A DNA stretch of 63,879 bases, filler included, from Reticulomyxa filosa (taxonomy: Eukaryota > Protista > Foraminifera): assembly GCA_000512085.1 (NCBI GenBank). It is 18 parts of 18 records of this genome, joined end to end, with 100 filler letters (N's around TTAATTAATTAA, not from the genome) between each part and the next. Parts side by side here need not be neighbours in the genome. Positions count along the whole stretch, not along the records: positions 1 to 8,369 come from ASPP01004806.1; positions 8,470 to 10,283 come from ASPP01036190.1; positions 10,384 to 11,974 come from ASPP01015836.1; positions 12,075 to 32,058 come from ASPP01009421.1; 14 more parts are not named here. One strand, given 5' to 3'. Shown one piece after another: positions 1-13,342 of the stretch. The stretch's first letter is position 1. Each line of letters opens with the position of its first letter. Below the pieces are notes generated by a model, which was given only the letters and a program-made list of their open reading frames with translations, was not told where the DNA came from and searched no databases. The position numbers were made by a program, and so were the translations under genes.

Positions 1-950
1 TGAATCTTTTCCAATAATCTTTCATTTCCTTTTAAACTTGGTGGCTTCACAACTATAATCTCATATTTTTGCAATTCTGTTACCAAATTCTTAATTTCAG
101 TGCTATTCATTGCCTGTTCACTTCTTTCTCTTAAATCTTCAATACTCTTTGCGTGTTGTATTATTTTATTTGCTTTTAATTCATATAGCAATCCAGATTT
201 AATTGCGTATGAACATTGATAATTATTATCTTTAAGAGGTGTTGGATTCTCACTTGTACAAATCGAATGTTCTGAGTTGTAGAACATAGTTTTGACAATT
301 GAGCTCACTGTTAATTTTTTACAATCCGGGCAACTAAAAGATGTATTACTTGAAACGAATGAGATAGCATCAAACCCAATATTCACCCATACTGGTAATT
401 TTGCTTTTGATGCTAAACAGGTTTCATTGGTGCAATATCCTTGCAAATTAATTCCTGGTTTGACCTCTCCAACTTCTGTTTTCTCTATTTCTTTTGTACA
501 CTCTTGCTTTTGTTAGTATTTTCATTTACTGCTTCCTTTGCTGTTGTTTCTATTTGTTGAATAAGATAAAATAAGATATGTAATATAGAAAATTATAAAT
601 TAACTACCTGTTCAACATTTTCCAAATCATCGACTGTACTCTCGGGTTTCGACTTATCCTTTTTTTTTTGTTTGTTTGTTAAAAAAAACATCACCATTAA
701 CAAGCAAGTGGAAAGATATGCGATTGCAATTTCATACTTCTTTTTCAATTGATTGCTGTACAATCTCTTTGATCACTAATTCAATATTTTCGTTGTAATA
801 TTCCATTTTTTGCTGCAATTCTTCTTTATTAATTAAATCTCCAAATAATTTAATCAATGTTTTCATTTCTTTTGTGTATTCTCGATTTTTTTCATTTATA
901 TTGTTGTCTTGCATCCCTCCATAGCATTTTACTTTTTTACAAAAACACAA
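1..950 (-). pseudogene. Disrupted member of a repeated protist family with a Cys-rich Zn-binding module; runs off the window
   Basis: Minus-strand translation GEVKPGINLQGYCTNETCLASKAKLPVWVNIGF..CPDC downstream of exon 732-950; frameshift/TAA near 514. Confidence 0.5.
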
Positions 951-1849
951 TTATATACATTGTCGTCAGTTCAAACAAGTATGTCACTATTATTGACATT
1001 GTAGTTTGTATTTTAGAAATAATAGATCATGGCAAAGTTGGTATACTGGTCTTCTCATTGATGATGTTTCCACGGCATCCTGTTAGAGTTGCTATCACTG
1101 CATATTGATTATCACAGCGGGTTATTTTCTTTTTGTTTTCCATCAAAAAAAAAAACGAGTAATAAATATTTTCTTCGATTCTAAAAACAGTAAATTCATA
1201 AAGCAACCTCAAATCGATGCATCTTATTCCTAAAAATACATAGTTTTTTTGTGAGAAAAAAAAACGTGCGTGCGCTTTTTCAGAGACATGAAAAAAACCA
1301 TTGTTTGTAAAATATCTGAGTGTAAGTAGTCTGAAATACCCTAAGCTGTTAGTTCTCTGCTGTTTGAGGAAACACGTCTATGAAACTAAATATAACAAAA
1401 AGGCAGTTAGCTCCCTTGATTTTTTAAAAGAAAAAGTTCATGTCCCAAAAAACGTGTGTTGACAACAAAAATTTTTCTTATATTGCTATTTGCAACGTCA
1501 TTGAGAGACTTTGAGCGAATAGATACACTATTTGTTTTACTTATGAAATTACCTGGGGAGTTAAGACTAAAAAATTAAATTCGTATTTCGACCAATTTGA
1601 ACTACAAACTTAAGAAAGCGGAGACTACACATCTTTTAACATTGTCTTAAGAGTTTTCACATGCTGCATACGAGAATATAAACCACTTTCACAAAATCTA
1701 CGGAGAAAATATGTAAAAGCTTTTTTCCAACTGTTGTTTATTCAGTTTCATTGAAAATGCGTACCAATATTTTGCACATGCAACGCTAATGAAAGGTTTG
1801 TCGTTTAATCTATTTATCAATATTATCACATTGGTTTGCGTTTATCGCA

Positions 1850-2700
1850 TTAAAATTTTTTCAAGCGAATTTGGGTTTGCAAAATATCCACGGACCTTCC
1901 AATCCTCGTCTTCTAATATAACGATCAGACATTGAAGAACAGTATCCAATTGTTTGTTATTTCATTTCGAGGAAATATTTGCGATGGCCATTGCACACGA
2001 ACTACGGGATAGTCACCCCACCTTCAATACATCCATAAATCAATCAATAAAAAGCTTATTTACTTGAAATTGCTTCAAGTAAACTCGCAGGGATTTTTGT
2101 ATTAACAAATCTACTTAATGCTTATCACCGCCATTGGAATGACTACTTGCAATATTTTGGAAATAAGCATGGATATACTTTTGAATGTCCTGTGGCTGGG
2201 GTCCAATAGCATTTAATACTCATGGGTGATTTCGATAGGAGCACATTCATTGAGATGACTTGTCGTTATCATACAATGATTCAAACCAGGTTTTTTTTGT
2301 TCGATTCATTTTGCAATTTCATCAAATCCAATAACAACAATAGCCCATTCATTGAATATACAATACATTTAATATCACTGTGGAATATGCAATTCATTGA
2401 TTACCTTCAATCGTTGGCTTTCTACACTATTGTAATCATCATTACCGTCATCGGAAATATTGACAATTTTTCTAATATCCATTGAAATTGATCATTCCAT
2501 TTTAATCATTTGCTGCTCGTTCTATTATTTGTCATTCTTTCTTGAAGTGCTACTGGGTTCAAAAATATTAACCGAACCTAACAACTGGCAATAGGTTGTC
2601 TAGAATCATCAAACAATGAAATCAACTTGACTTGGGATTTGTAAGCTCTTTTATTTTTCTTTAGTAATTTTGCTACTTTCCTTTTGCACTGATAAAACAG
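1850..2700 (-). pseudogene. Degenerate NACHT/STAND NTPase plus HEAT-repeat (NLR-like) pseudogene
   Basis: Fragments WNDQFQWIL, NGLLLL-GFDEIA (Walker B-like), ITTSHLN..VLNAIGPQPQDIQKYIHAYF, then HEAT-like NNKQLDTVLQCLIVILEDEDWKVR; many stops and frameshifts; Walker A not found. Confidence 0.6.
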
Positions 2701-3070
2701 TCGTTTCCATTTTATTTTGGTTGGTCACGAAAACTTTATTTTATTTTCTAATTTTTGAAAGGGAAATTGATTTTTAAAGTAGTTTTTTTTAATAAAAATA
2801 GCCCCTTGTTTTTTTTTAAAAGCTTTGTTTGTTGAAACTGACAGTTGGCAATATGTTTTATTTATAATTTAGCATTGACAAAAGTGTTTTTTTTGTTTGA
2901 CGCAAAAGAGTGAAAATAACAAAAGTTTTGTTGTACGATGTCAATTGTATTTTCAAACACCAAGTTAAAGACCAAACTTTTTCCACACGACCAAAATGCT
3001 ACAATCAATGCTCACATCCCCCCCCCCCTCCCCTTTCACCAAAAAAAAAAGCTTTTTGTTTGACGAGATA

Positions 3071-5395
3071 TCATGGTTGATATGATTGTTCTTGCTTTAC
3101 TCGCTTGGAAATTTTGCAATTTGTCATACCACAGAAAATGGCTTGAACAAGTTTTTTTAATCCTCCATCAATGAACCCCTTTGACAAGTAGACATTGGAA
3201 GACTGTGGCTTGCTGCTGAACAAGACTCCAATGTACACTTTTTCTCCTTCAAGTTGCAGACAATGATCTTGGCTGTTCATAATAAACTTGCCTCCCTGGT
3301 ATTCAGTTTTTTCCTTTGAATTACGTTGTTTATTTTTGTCAATAGGAAACGGTCCATTTGGTTGATGCCATCCTTTGTTGGCTGTATGACAACGCACATT
3401 CGAGTGTCTTTCGGTATGGCCATGATCGCTATTACTCTCTTCTTCTTTTGCGTCATCGCCGTCGTCTTTTCCAAATCTACGCAAGTCTTCAATAGTATTG
3501 ACATATTCAGTGGAATGGGTGAAAATGTAATCCCAATCGACGCTCTTATTTTCCAAATAGATGGACACAATGGTTTTCTCGTTCCGCAAGACCCCATGCA
3601 AACGAATCCATCCATCAAAGCCTGGATTGTTGCTCTTGAACGTGCAAAACGAAGGGATATCATGATGTTGCAACTTGGGTAATTCGTCAAAGTACTTTAC
3701 AGGTCGATGCTCAATATCCAGTTCCTTTGGCATCACCTCTAGCTCCGAAAGGTTCTCTTTGCTGTTTGGAATGTCAATCACATTGAATATCACCTGTACC
3801 TTTTGCAACTCATTCTTTTCCTCGTCTTCACTGGAAAACGCACTGATACGTAGCAGCGCCAATGACATGGTCATTTTCTCCATACTTATCCCTGAAGGAT
3901 CTTTCATTGGTTTACAAATTATTGATAGGTGTTTAAAAAATATACAGTTATCATGCTGTTCATGTGCCAAATTCAACAAGAGCAGCAGAGGCACGTCAAA
4001 TGATGTCATTCCATTCGTTGCTGTTGGTTCACTAGGCGACGTGGTAGCATTTGCAAAAGAAATGAGTCCCACGTCGGCCAAGCTCTTCCATGTGCATTTC
4101 AGTCCTGGGATTTTATTGTCCACATTAATCTCCTTTTGCAACACAAAGTATTTCCAAATGCGTGGGAATATGTGCATTGCTAATGAGATCAAGTCCCGGT
4201 TAAATTTTTTCCATTTCTTGCGATAGCACGTTACACACTCTTTCCAATTGTACTTGTTGAGATTGTCTATAAAATTAAAATAGTCACATTGAGGATTTTC
4301 CAAAAGCTTCTTCAGTATCAGCAATGACGATTCGTCATTATCTGCTAGTGTTATCAAGTCCTTCCATCCTCTCCAATCAATTTGCTTTTTTTTTTTTTTT
4401 TTTGATACGTCTCAGACTCTCAACGTTTCTTGTAAGCATAACAAAAGACCAAATTGCAAAAAAAAAAAAAAATTTTGTTTGTTTTTTGTTGTTCTTGGAT
4501 AGATAGAGACGGTGAAGCAACTTTTTATCGTCCCCACTACGAGAGGATGATTGGATCATTTGATCGAAGCTGTGAGATATGGTGGAACCACTTTTGTCTG
4601 ACGATTTTTCTTCGTCTTCTCGTTCGCATTCTGGTTCTTCAGAACGGTTTAATCTTTCCGACAACTTACGAATTTGTTCGACAGTTGCTCTTCGCGTCTT
4701 GTATTTCTGCAAGGGTAACATATTCTCGGCTTCTTGTACAGTGACTCTCTTGACTCCCCACTATTTTATTATTTATTATTTATTATTATTATCTGTTGTT
4801 AGCTATGACATTAAATAAATTATTGATGTTTACAAATTGTCCTTTATTGTCCAGCTTACAAAAAAAAAACAAAACAACCCCACAATCTGTTATTTTTTTG
4901 TTTTGGTTGGGGATACCCCCTTTTCTTTTACACCCAATTAACATACACATACCTTCTCTTTTAATGGCAGCTTTCTTTGGCTTCGTCTCTTTTTCTTCAC
5001 AACAATACAAAACAAAAAAGGTGTGCGAAGTTGTTCCAAGAGATGTGTGGACTCATTTGGCTTACTTAGTTGGATTGGATTTTTCGTTTTTGAATCTTCA
5101 GTTATTGGGAATGACGATGTGCGGAGCAGTGCCGCTGTTCCTGCTTGTTGATTTAAATTTTTCTATTTTTTTTATTTTTTTTATTTTTTTGGTTTGCTAA
5201 TAACCAGATAATTTGTCCTTTGCTCTTCTTCATCCCTCCCTTTATTTTGGCTAAAGTTGTAACATACCTTCTCAGTTACTTCATCGTTTCTTTCCACTCG
5301 TTTATGAAATGACTGGCCTATAATACCTTTTGAATCCTTCACAGATTTTTTTTTTTATTTTGTGTGTTTTGCCGTGTATACGTTCTTCAAAACTT
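3071..5395 (-). CDS. Multi-exon protein with C-terminal PD-(D/E)xK restriction-endonuclease-like domain, Crinkler (CR-REase)-like; 5' end unresolved
   Basis: In-phase GT-AG introns (donors 5267, 4952, 4510) join upstream exons to the 428-aa ORF, which carries WKSLADVGLI..VPLLLL..SMEKM..FKSNNPGFDG..IYLENK. Confidence 0.55.
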
Positions 5396-6377
5396 TAAAA
5401 AAAAAAAAAATGTCAAATATAACACCACTTGGCTGGAAGAAGGATTACTGGAGTTAGATTCAGAAGGATTACTAGAATTAGATCTAGAAGGACTGGGCTA
5501 TTGCAAATGTAAAAAAAAATAAAAAAATAAAAAAGTAACCATTTTTTTTTTTTACTTTTTCTCCTCAAATGCAAACTCAACATCCACTCGCACCCAAATC
5601 CCTCTTGGCACCTGCAATTGTTGTTTTTGTGTTGGAAAGCTTTGTTTTTTGGAAAAGCAAATGGAAATCCATACACAAATACCTCTTTCTCATAGTTTAC
5701 ATACCTTGTTACTTGAGCTCCCACTGGAGTAACTAGTTTTAGTTGACGGCTATTTTTTCCAAAATTATTTGTGTTTCACCAATCCAAAGACAACACCCCG
5801 CATTTACGCAATTCTCACAGTAAGAAAAGACAGATTTAAAAAATAAAAAAAAGAAAAGGTATGAAGTTTTGTTCGTGCCAGGTGACGCACGGGAGGGGGG
5901 TACCTTTTTTATATTTGTTCCTTACCATTGTTCCTATTGACAACTTGGAAAAAGGCAAATAGGACACACGCCAAATTTATAACAAATGCTCCCTGAAGCA
6001 GAAAGACATATGGACAATGTAAACGAGTTTTTTTTCTTCATGAGGAAAAAAAAGAGCGCCTCCTTTTTTCTGGTCCTTGCGTCAAACAGCACAGTGACCT
6101 TCTGTTTTGCTCTTAGCTTAAATATAGGTGCATATGCAGTAAAATCTACAACAATATGCAGAGAAGAAAGAATAAAAGAGTAGGAGAGAATGGCAAACGC
6201 TAGAGAAATAAAAATGGAATTTGTGAGCACGATATTATTGTCATAAGATTGTAAATGTGAACATTTTACCTAAAAAAAAAAAAAAAAATTACTGTTCCTG
6301 ATTGGCAGTAACAACATTGAAAAGAGTAGCCAATCTTTTTTTTGACAGAGTTGGTTTTGGAAAAAAAGATAATGTCG

Positions 6378-6978
6378 TTAAAAGAACGAGTCACTTCCCT
6401 GATATCGAGAGCAGAGACAACAAAAGAGAGCATGTGCATTTGATGGTCGCTCTAATTCTTTCATAACCTCCTTTCTGGAGCATATATATTCAATTACGTT
6501 GATCAGACTATACGTTGGATATTCTTCCAAAGCCGCTTTCTCATCCACGTTAATTGTGGCGATGTCGTCCATGTCTTCCAGCTCTTTTGCATCCCCTTGT
6601 TCGTATTTGTTCAAACGCTGCAGTTGGGTAAATAGGGTAGACTTTCCCGCTCCTCTCTTTCCTAACAAAAGTACTCGCTCCTTCGGTTTGTTCAAACGCC
6701 CAAAGGTGTCACTTTTGTTTGTTTTTCCGTCAAACCATTTGCAAACTGCATGTTAAGAGTTTTAGCGGTTCTTGGAACCTTAGATAATACTCAGTTTCTG
6801 ATTCAGACATACCATCACGCTTGATGGATGCATTTGAACTGAAATAGGCAAATATGCGAAATAGTTGCCCATGACAGCAGGAAATATGTTTTTTTGGAGG
6901 CTCAAAGTTGGGTAAGCAAGAACACGCAGAAAGTGAGCGTATGTTTTCTAGCGTTTTTAAAATAAGATATGCAAACAA
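6378..6978 (-). CDS. P-loop-containing segment, frameshifted; G-alpha-like or NTPase, possibly the 5' part of the 3071 gene
   Basis: VLLLGKRGAGKSTLFTQL Walker A; no Walker B or G3 motif identified. Confidence 0.35.
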
Positions 6979-7331
6979 CGCATTTGTTTAGGAATGCCTT
7001 GTTTATTTCAAAAAACGTAGGGTTTTGTTGTTGTAAGGTAAACACTTAATGTGCACATCCCGTTTGAGCAATATTTCTATTGGCCTTGACAAGACTGTTT
7101 CTAAATTGTATACTTCACACAAATCGAAATAAGAATAAATGACATGTTAAAGACGTTGTGCCCTTAAATAAAACTGTACACAGCTTGTATAATGAAAAGA
7201 TTGTAGCATGTTAACGTTTTTTGTTTGTATCCCCGTCAAGTGTAAAGAAAAAAACGTGTGGACAGAACAGGAATTTTTTGTTCCCTGAAATCGTCTCAAA
7301 AGGGGAAGAAGCCCTGCTTCATAGTTGACTG

Positions 7332-8335
7332 ATGACCTCAAAAGCAAATGGCGGGATGGCCCACACATCTAGTGTATCAAGTACTAATATTTTGGCAAAT
7401 GGGAATAGCAACACTCCAGAAGCGAATGGCAATACCAATGGTGTTAAAAGTAGAAAGCAGTCTAAAGCGTCTCTGCATGACGGTAGCGGACCGTCAATAA
7501 ATGGGTCAAAAGCAGGAGGCGATCGTATTTTCAGAACAATTGAAGTTTTTTTTTTTTTTTTTTGCAATATGCATATGAGAAAGCAGAAGGAAGAGAGGGA
7601 ATGAAAGTGACCGACAAAAAAAAAACTTTAGAGCAATCCAACAAGTCCACTACTACGAAGTAGAACAGGGACCCCAGACCCACCTCATTTGGGAGCCATC
7701 TCTGCAATGGAGAATGGATCAGCAAGTGCGAACGGGACAGGGACAGGGAATGGGAATGGGAATGGGAATGGGAATGGGGGTAGCAATGGAGAAGTGTCAT
7801 CGAAGATAGGGACAGTGCGAAGAGCGATAAGCCACACAGGATTGCAGGTGAACAAGCGAGGGGACGAAACAGCGCCGACGGTCAGTAATGGCATAGCCAA
7901 CAACCATAACAGTAGCAATGGAAGTGTAGTGGACAGTCTATATCATGACAACGACAAAGCCACAAATCCTTCGGACAACAACGCGTCCGTCTCCGACACC
8001 GCCGATAACTATTCCAAAGACTATCACAAGCCCATTGTCCAATTCCAAATCGGGTTGTCGGTGGGGTCTGGTCTGGGAAAGTGTTATTTGGAATTACAAA
8101 AGCTGGATCATTGGTATTACATATATAAATATACATACATATACATATATGTATATATATATATATATATATGTACATATATGTATATGTAATGTTTTGT
8201 ATATTGATGTTGCTATGTTTGATACAACCCGCATACTTTTCGAAAATAACACTTACACAAAAATTAGCGTGTCCAAATTGAGTAATTTGACCGATGATGT
8301 GAAAGGGGTATTGTTGGATATTTCCAATTCCAGTA
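7332..8335 (+). CDS. Unknown Asn/Gly-rich protein, 3'-truncated by contig end
   Basis: ATG 7332; in-phase introns 7545-7631 and 8114-8267; GNGNGN repeat. Confidence 0.55.
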
Positions 8336-8369
8336 CTATTCAAAATTCTTTTTAAATTTTTTTTTTTTT

Positions 8370-8469
8370 NNNNNNNNNNNNNNNNNNNNNNNNNNNNNNN
8401 NNNNNNNNNNNNNTTAATTAATTAANNNNNNNNNNNNNNNNNNNNNNNNNNNNNNNNNNNNNNNNNNNN
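8370..8469. other. Artificial contig linker (first of 17)
   Basis: N44-TTAATTAATTAA-N44 with stops in all six frames; recurs at 10284, 11975, 32059, 35548, 40380, 42838, 44280, 45517, 47888, 49723, 52027, 54338, 55827, 56927, 61274, 62768. Confidence 0.98.
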
Positions 8470-9099
8470 TCTACCACTATTAAATTGTGAAAATTCAATT
8501 CCATAAACACCTTCTGTCAACATAAGGCAAAAACGATAACAATAAAGAATAAAAACTTAAAGATAACTTGAACACAACTTTCGTTGATAAGTTTAAGTTC
8601 ATTCTTTTTTTTTTCTTTTAAGATGAATGATCTTGGATGATGCAAGATTAAAAAAATACTTAACTTTTTTTTTTTAAAAACGAATGAAAATTGAATTCTT
8701 TTTTCATTTCAAATAACTATTGCATAAGCGATTTTATATATCCTTTTTTAAAGGCTCAAAACAAAAATGTGTAAATCTCCAAAACTATAGGAAGCAGATA
8801 AATTAAATCTATATTTGAAATGCAATAAGACAAATATTAATATCAGAAAGAAAGTATCCGATATTATTTTAATTGCTTCTTTTTTTTGTTAGGGTCACAT
8901 AAATACGCTGTATAAAAGAGATTAATTAGCCAAGATATTTCTCAAAAAGGGAATTGATGATCACTTCAACTTGTATTTATTTCAAATAATAATTTATTAT
9001 TACATTAAATAATAGTTTATATCAATTAATTTATTTTCTTTCTCCAATTGTGTTTTCTCATTTGATTTATATTTTATTTGTCCAGAATCTCTTTATATA

Positions 9100-9270
9100 T
9101 TCCATTGGATGCAATTTTTGATAGTTATACATTGAAATTCTTTTGAATGTTATTGATGGTAGTTCAAATGTGATATGTTTTGGATCACATGATAATATAA
9201 TTCGATTTTGGGATATTCGGTCAAATAAGAATGAGTTGTATATCATTACAAGAGATGAAGAAGATATTGA
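9100..9270 (+). pseudogene. WD40 fragment, paralog of the 13343 gene
   Basis: GSSNVICFGSHDNIIRFWDIRSNKNELYII, nearly identical to the last repeat at about 13460-13570. Confidence 0.75.
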
Positions 9271-9699
9271 CAACAAATGTATTTATGAATAAAAAGTGAA
9301 TATATTTTCTTTTTAAAATTTTACTAAAAGAAAAGTAAAATTATATTAAACTAGTAAAGAGAAAATAAAAAATTAAACAATATTAAAAACTAATGTTAAA
9401 CTCAAATGTAATGCGATTTACAAAGTGTTGATCCTTAAAAGACACATAAATATCAAAAATACATTTAAAAATAATGGTTTTTTCTCAAATGAAAAGAAAA
9501 ATTTAAGTAAATAAAACTAATGTGCATAATATCATTTTCAATGTCTTACCCTTTTTTTCTCCTTTTAAAACCAAAAATAGATGGACGGATTAATGTTACA
9601 AAAAAAAACTTGATGAAATCTACTTACTCTTCTTGAGTATGAATGATTTATAATTTTTATTTTTTAAAAAATTTAATCTGTTGATGCGAAAAAGTAAAA

Positions 9700-10085
9700 A
9701 GCTTGAAGGTTGTTACAACAAAGATTGGGTAGCAACTCCGACTAAACAAAACAAGTTGACAATGTCTATTATGTAAGTAGATTGTAAACAACGCAACGGA
9801 ATTAACTTGCAATGAACACGATAATTACAAAGACGCACTAATAGTTGGTGAACAATGTCTGACGAAATATTTGAATGAGAATAACAATCAATGTCCCATT
9901 GGAAAAACTATCAAAAAGCAAATGAGCAAATAAAAGCAGGTGATATGGCTACAGAATTTGTATATATTTGTAAATGTAAAGGAAAGATTGAAGAAATGAA
10001 AAAGCATTTAGAAAATGCATGCTCTTGAAACTTTTAGATTGTAAATGCAACGAATTTGGATGTGATGATATTTTATTTGTTTTTA
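9700..10085 (+). pseudogene. RING/TRAF-like Zn-finger fragment
   Basis: GCYNKDW..IVGEQCLTKYLNENNNQCPIG..CKGKIEEMKKHLENACS; stops and frameshifts; resembles 14860-15450. Confidence 0.65.
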
Positions 10086-10383
10086 CTAAATGAAATAAAT
10101 CAATGAAAATTCATTATTTTTCTGAATTCACCACATTCAACCTATTTTCACTTCATTATCAAACAATCTTCACCTGGAGGTACTGTTTCAAAAAATAATT
10201 TAACATCTTCTCTATCCAAATACCACACTGTTGGATTTTCTTTGTCTTGTTCAAGTCGTATTTGTATCTTCCATTTGTTTAATNNNNNNNNNNNNNNNNN
10301 NNNNNNNNNNNNNNNNNNNNNNNNNNNTTAATTAATTAANNNNNNNNNNNNNNNNNNNNNNNNNNNNNNNNNNNNNNNNNNNN

Positions 10384-11974
10384 CAACAACAGCAACAACA
10401 GCAACAACAGCAACAACAGCAACAACAGCAACAACAGCAACAACAGCAACCTCAACAAGCGCAACAACCTACGTCGTCAGAGCCACTCAAAGAAAATGGA
10501 GCACAGACATTGAATGAAGTATCATCTTCGCAGTTGGAAATTAACCCAACAAACCAAACTGAGACAGAAAAGACAAATAACTCTGAGCCACAAAAAGAGA
10601 CGCAGAGCACCGAAACCGAAGAAGATGAGTCGAAGAAAGCGGCAGCGCAAGAACTGTCTCGACAAGTGTTTGAAATTATGGATGTCGAACACAACGGAGA
10701 CTTGAGTTGGCGTGAGTTTGAAAAAGGATTGGCGGCAATTGATTTGGATTGGACGCAAATATTCAAAGACATTGAGTCCAAAAAGCAACTCATGCAAACC
10801 AAGTTACAATCAGTACACGCGCCACAATCCTCAAAACCGCTGGAAAAGCAAAAATCTGCGGATAAAAAGCCCTCTCCTTTCTCTTCTTCACGAGATGAGC
10901 CAATTACCTTCTTTTCCAGTCTAATTCAATCGGCAATCGCTACAGCTTCCTTTTCTACTTCTGCTCCTTCTACTTCTACACTGCTCCTTCTACTTCTGCG
11001 TCGGAATCAAAGCCACAAGCCGATCCGCCACAACAGTCCACCTCCGCTTCTCAAGCACAGACTTCACTCGAGACACAGCCAGTGTTGTTATCACAACCAC
11101 AACAATCACAAGACCAATCTCCACCACAGCCCGAAGCACAGCCGCAAGTACAGCCGCAAGCACAGCCGCAAGCACAGCCGCAAGCACAGCCGCAAGCACA
11201 ACCACAACCACAACCAGAACCACAAGCGCAACAACAAGCACAGCCCCAAGCACAGCCACAACCAGAACCACAAGCGCAACAACAATCACAATCACAACCA
11301 GACGCACAGACACAAGCAGCATCTGATCTTTCGTTACAGAAAGGACCTGCGATTCAACCCGATTCTTCATTGCCAGCACCTTTGACAGCGAATCTGGCAG
11401 CCCCTCAAGTTGAAAGTCAACTTCCTAATCAGGAAAAAATCACAGTCGCAGACACCACACAGAAAGAACAAGGAGCGAAAAACCCGGACGAGCCTACAAA
11501 ACCGGCGCAGCCCTCGGAGGCCAATACCGTACCCGCTAATACGGTCTCAAATGCAGCCGTGGCCGTGGAGATAAAGAAGACTCCACAGGAAATGGAGATA
11601 GAACGTATCACCGAACTGCTTCAAGAGTGGAGTGAGTACCCGACCAATCCTCAGGAACAAGTCAAATACTTGTTTTCTCGAATTGTGAGTATTCCATACA
11701 ACAAAAAGCCTGCAAAGGTGGAAGCGGCTCCAATCAAAATTGACGCGACGCTGTTCGAAGACACCTTTGAAAACTTTACTTATCACGGCGACGACGACCT
11801 GAAAAAGCAGGCCGAGGCTTGGTTGAAAGGAGACAAAGAACTATTTAAAAACGAACCTCAAAAAACAAGCATATTTGAACTAGAAGACGACACCAACAAT
11901 AACAACAATAAGTCTATACAATCCGATGAACCAAAGGAATCCGACAATAATAATAATAATAATAATAATAATAA
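10384..11974 (+). CDS. EF-hand protein with poly-Q and QP-rich region; partial, one apparent frameshift near 10979
   Basis: VFEIMDVEHNGDLSWREFEKG EF-hand loop; (QPQA)n repeat; second frame continues as ORF 11082. Confidence 0.6.
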
Positions 11975-12419
11975 NNNNNNNNNNNNNNNNNNNNNNNNNN
12001 NNNNNNNNNNNNNNNNNNTTAATTAATTAANNNNNNNNNNNNNNNNNNNNNNNNNNNNNNNNNNNNNNNNNNNNTTATTGTATCAAAAAGGTAAATAAAG
12101 TGATATTTCAAAACAAATGAACAAAGTTGGCATTATGAAGAAACATTTGCAACAAAATCTGTTTATCCAGTATGTTTGCAAGCATAAGTTATAAGAAGAC
12201 AACGTAGTGCCACAGACAACCTTTGATTTATTTCCCAAATCTGCAAGCTCTATTTTATTAGCAATCAATTTCAGCAAAATTCAATTCAAAAAATAAAATT
12301 TATCTGTTCTCACTAAAACTTTTGATTGTATAAGTTGGGGTGGAGTTTTTTGCTTTAAATTTTTTCAAAGCCCTTTTTTTTTGGCAAGAAACTCTTTGTA
12401 TCGTAATTGATTTACAAAA

Positions 12420-12820
12420 ATGTCTTCATATAAAGCGTTTGTTAATGATGAAGGAAAAATACATACGATAATGTTGTCAGATTTGACAACAGAACATTTT
12501 AAAAGACAAATCTTCCAAGTCACTTGACGAACACAAGCAGATGATCTCTAGTAACTGTCATTGATAAAGACTGTAATCACATTGAAACTAACGAAAGTGT
12601 GTCTCATGCATTTAAAAATGCTACTGCATATTTTACTGTCCTATTTCAATCAGGTTTTTTTTATTATTGTAATTTGGAAGTATCTATGTTATCTTTATTG
12701 TTATTTTGTCAATTATGTGTCATCGTCTTGCTAGCCTTCCTATCAAACAAAAAAAGACAACGTTACAAATAAAATCATTTCATCATAGAAAAAGCTTTGT
12801 ATATAGCATTGTACAATCTC
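12420..12820 (+). pseudogene. Truncated N-terminus of a repeated family (MSSYKAFVNDEGKIHTI...)
   Basis: ATG 12420 followed by in-frame stops; family assignment from recall only. Confidence 0.3.
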
Positions 12821-13342
12821 AATATTTTATATGATCCATATTGAAATACAATCGCAGTAAATATAAAGATCACCATAAAATGGAATATAAATATTTGTAA
12901 GTTTGTTATGAAGAATCAATATCTTTCCAAATTCTTTTTTTCAAAATATTCAGAAAAATCAATAAAACATTTAATGTTTTAGCTTTTAATACAAAAACGA
13001 ATCAATCTTTTTTGAAAATTTTCAAAAAATGAAAACAATTTTCATTAGTATACTTTTATTAAAAATAAAACTTTTTTTGGATTTTTCACTATATGTATAT
13101 ATCATTTAAAGAATTGATTTTTCATGAATAAACTTACAAATATTTATATGTGTTCATTTTTTGTTTTGTCACTTGTAAGTGAATTAAACAAAACATTTGC
13201 CAAATGAAACCTGACCAAAAGTCATTTTATTGGACAAAAAATATCTTTATTCATCGAATTCAGTTAATCAAGCAAATCCAACACCACTCCCTTTTGTTTT
13301 AAACTCTAGAAAATACTCAAAAATAGTGTTATTTCTTGCTTA

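Noticed and set aside
1850-2700. Stop-codon reassignment
   Set aside because: In-frame stops occur only together with frameshifts and deletions; conserved genes have none inside exons and end normally, mostly at TAA.
8114-8267. Possible non-AG acceptor near 8192
   Set aside because: A canonical AG at 8266-8267 gives the correct phase.
8370-8469. Recurring TTAATTAATTAA palindrome flanked by Ns
   Set aside because: Synthetic six-frame-stop contig linker, identical 17 times; ORFs ending in X..LIN are artefacts.
10990-11379. Hydrophobic antisense ORFs (also 51641-52000, 60534-61002, 47283-47788)
   Set aside because: Shadow ORFs of low-complexity repeats.
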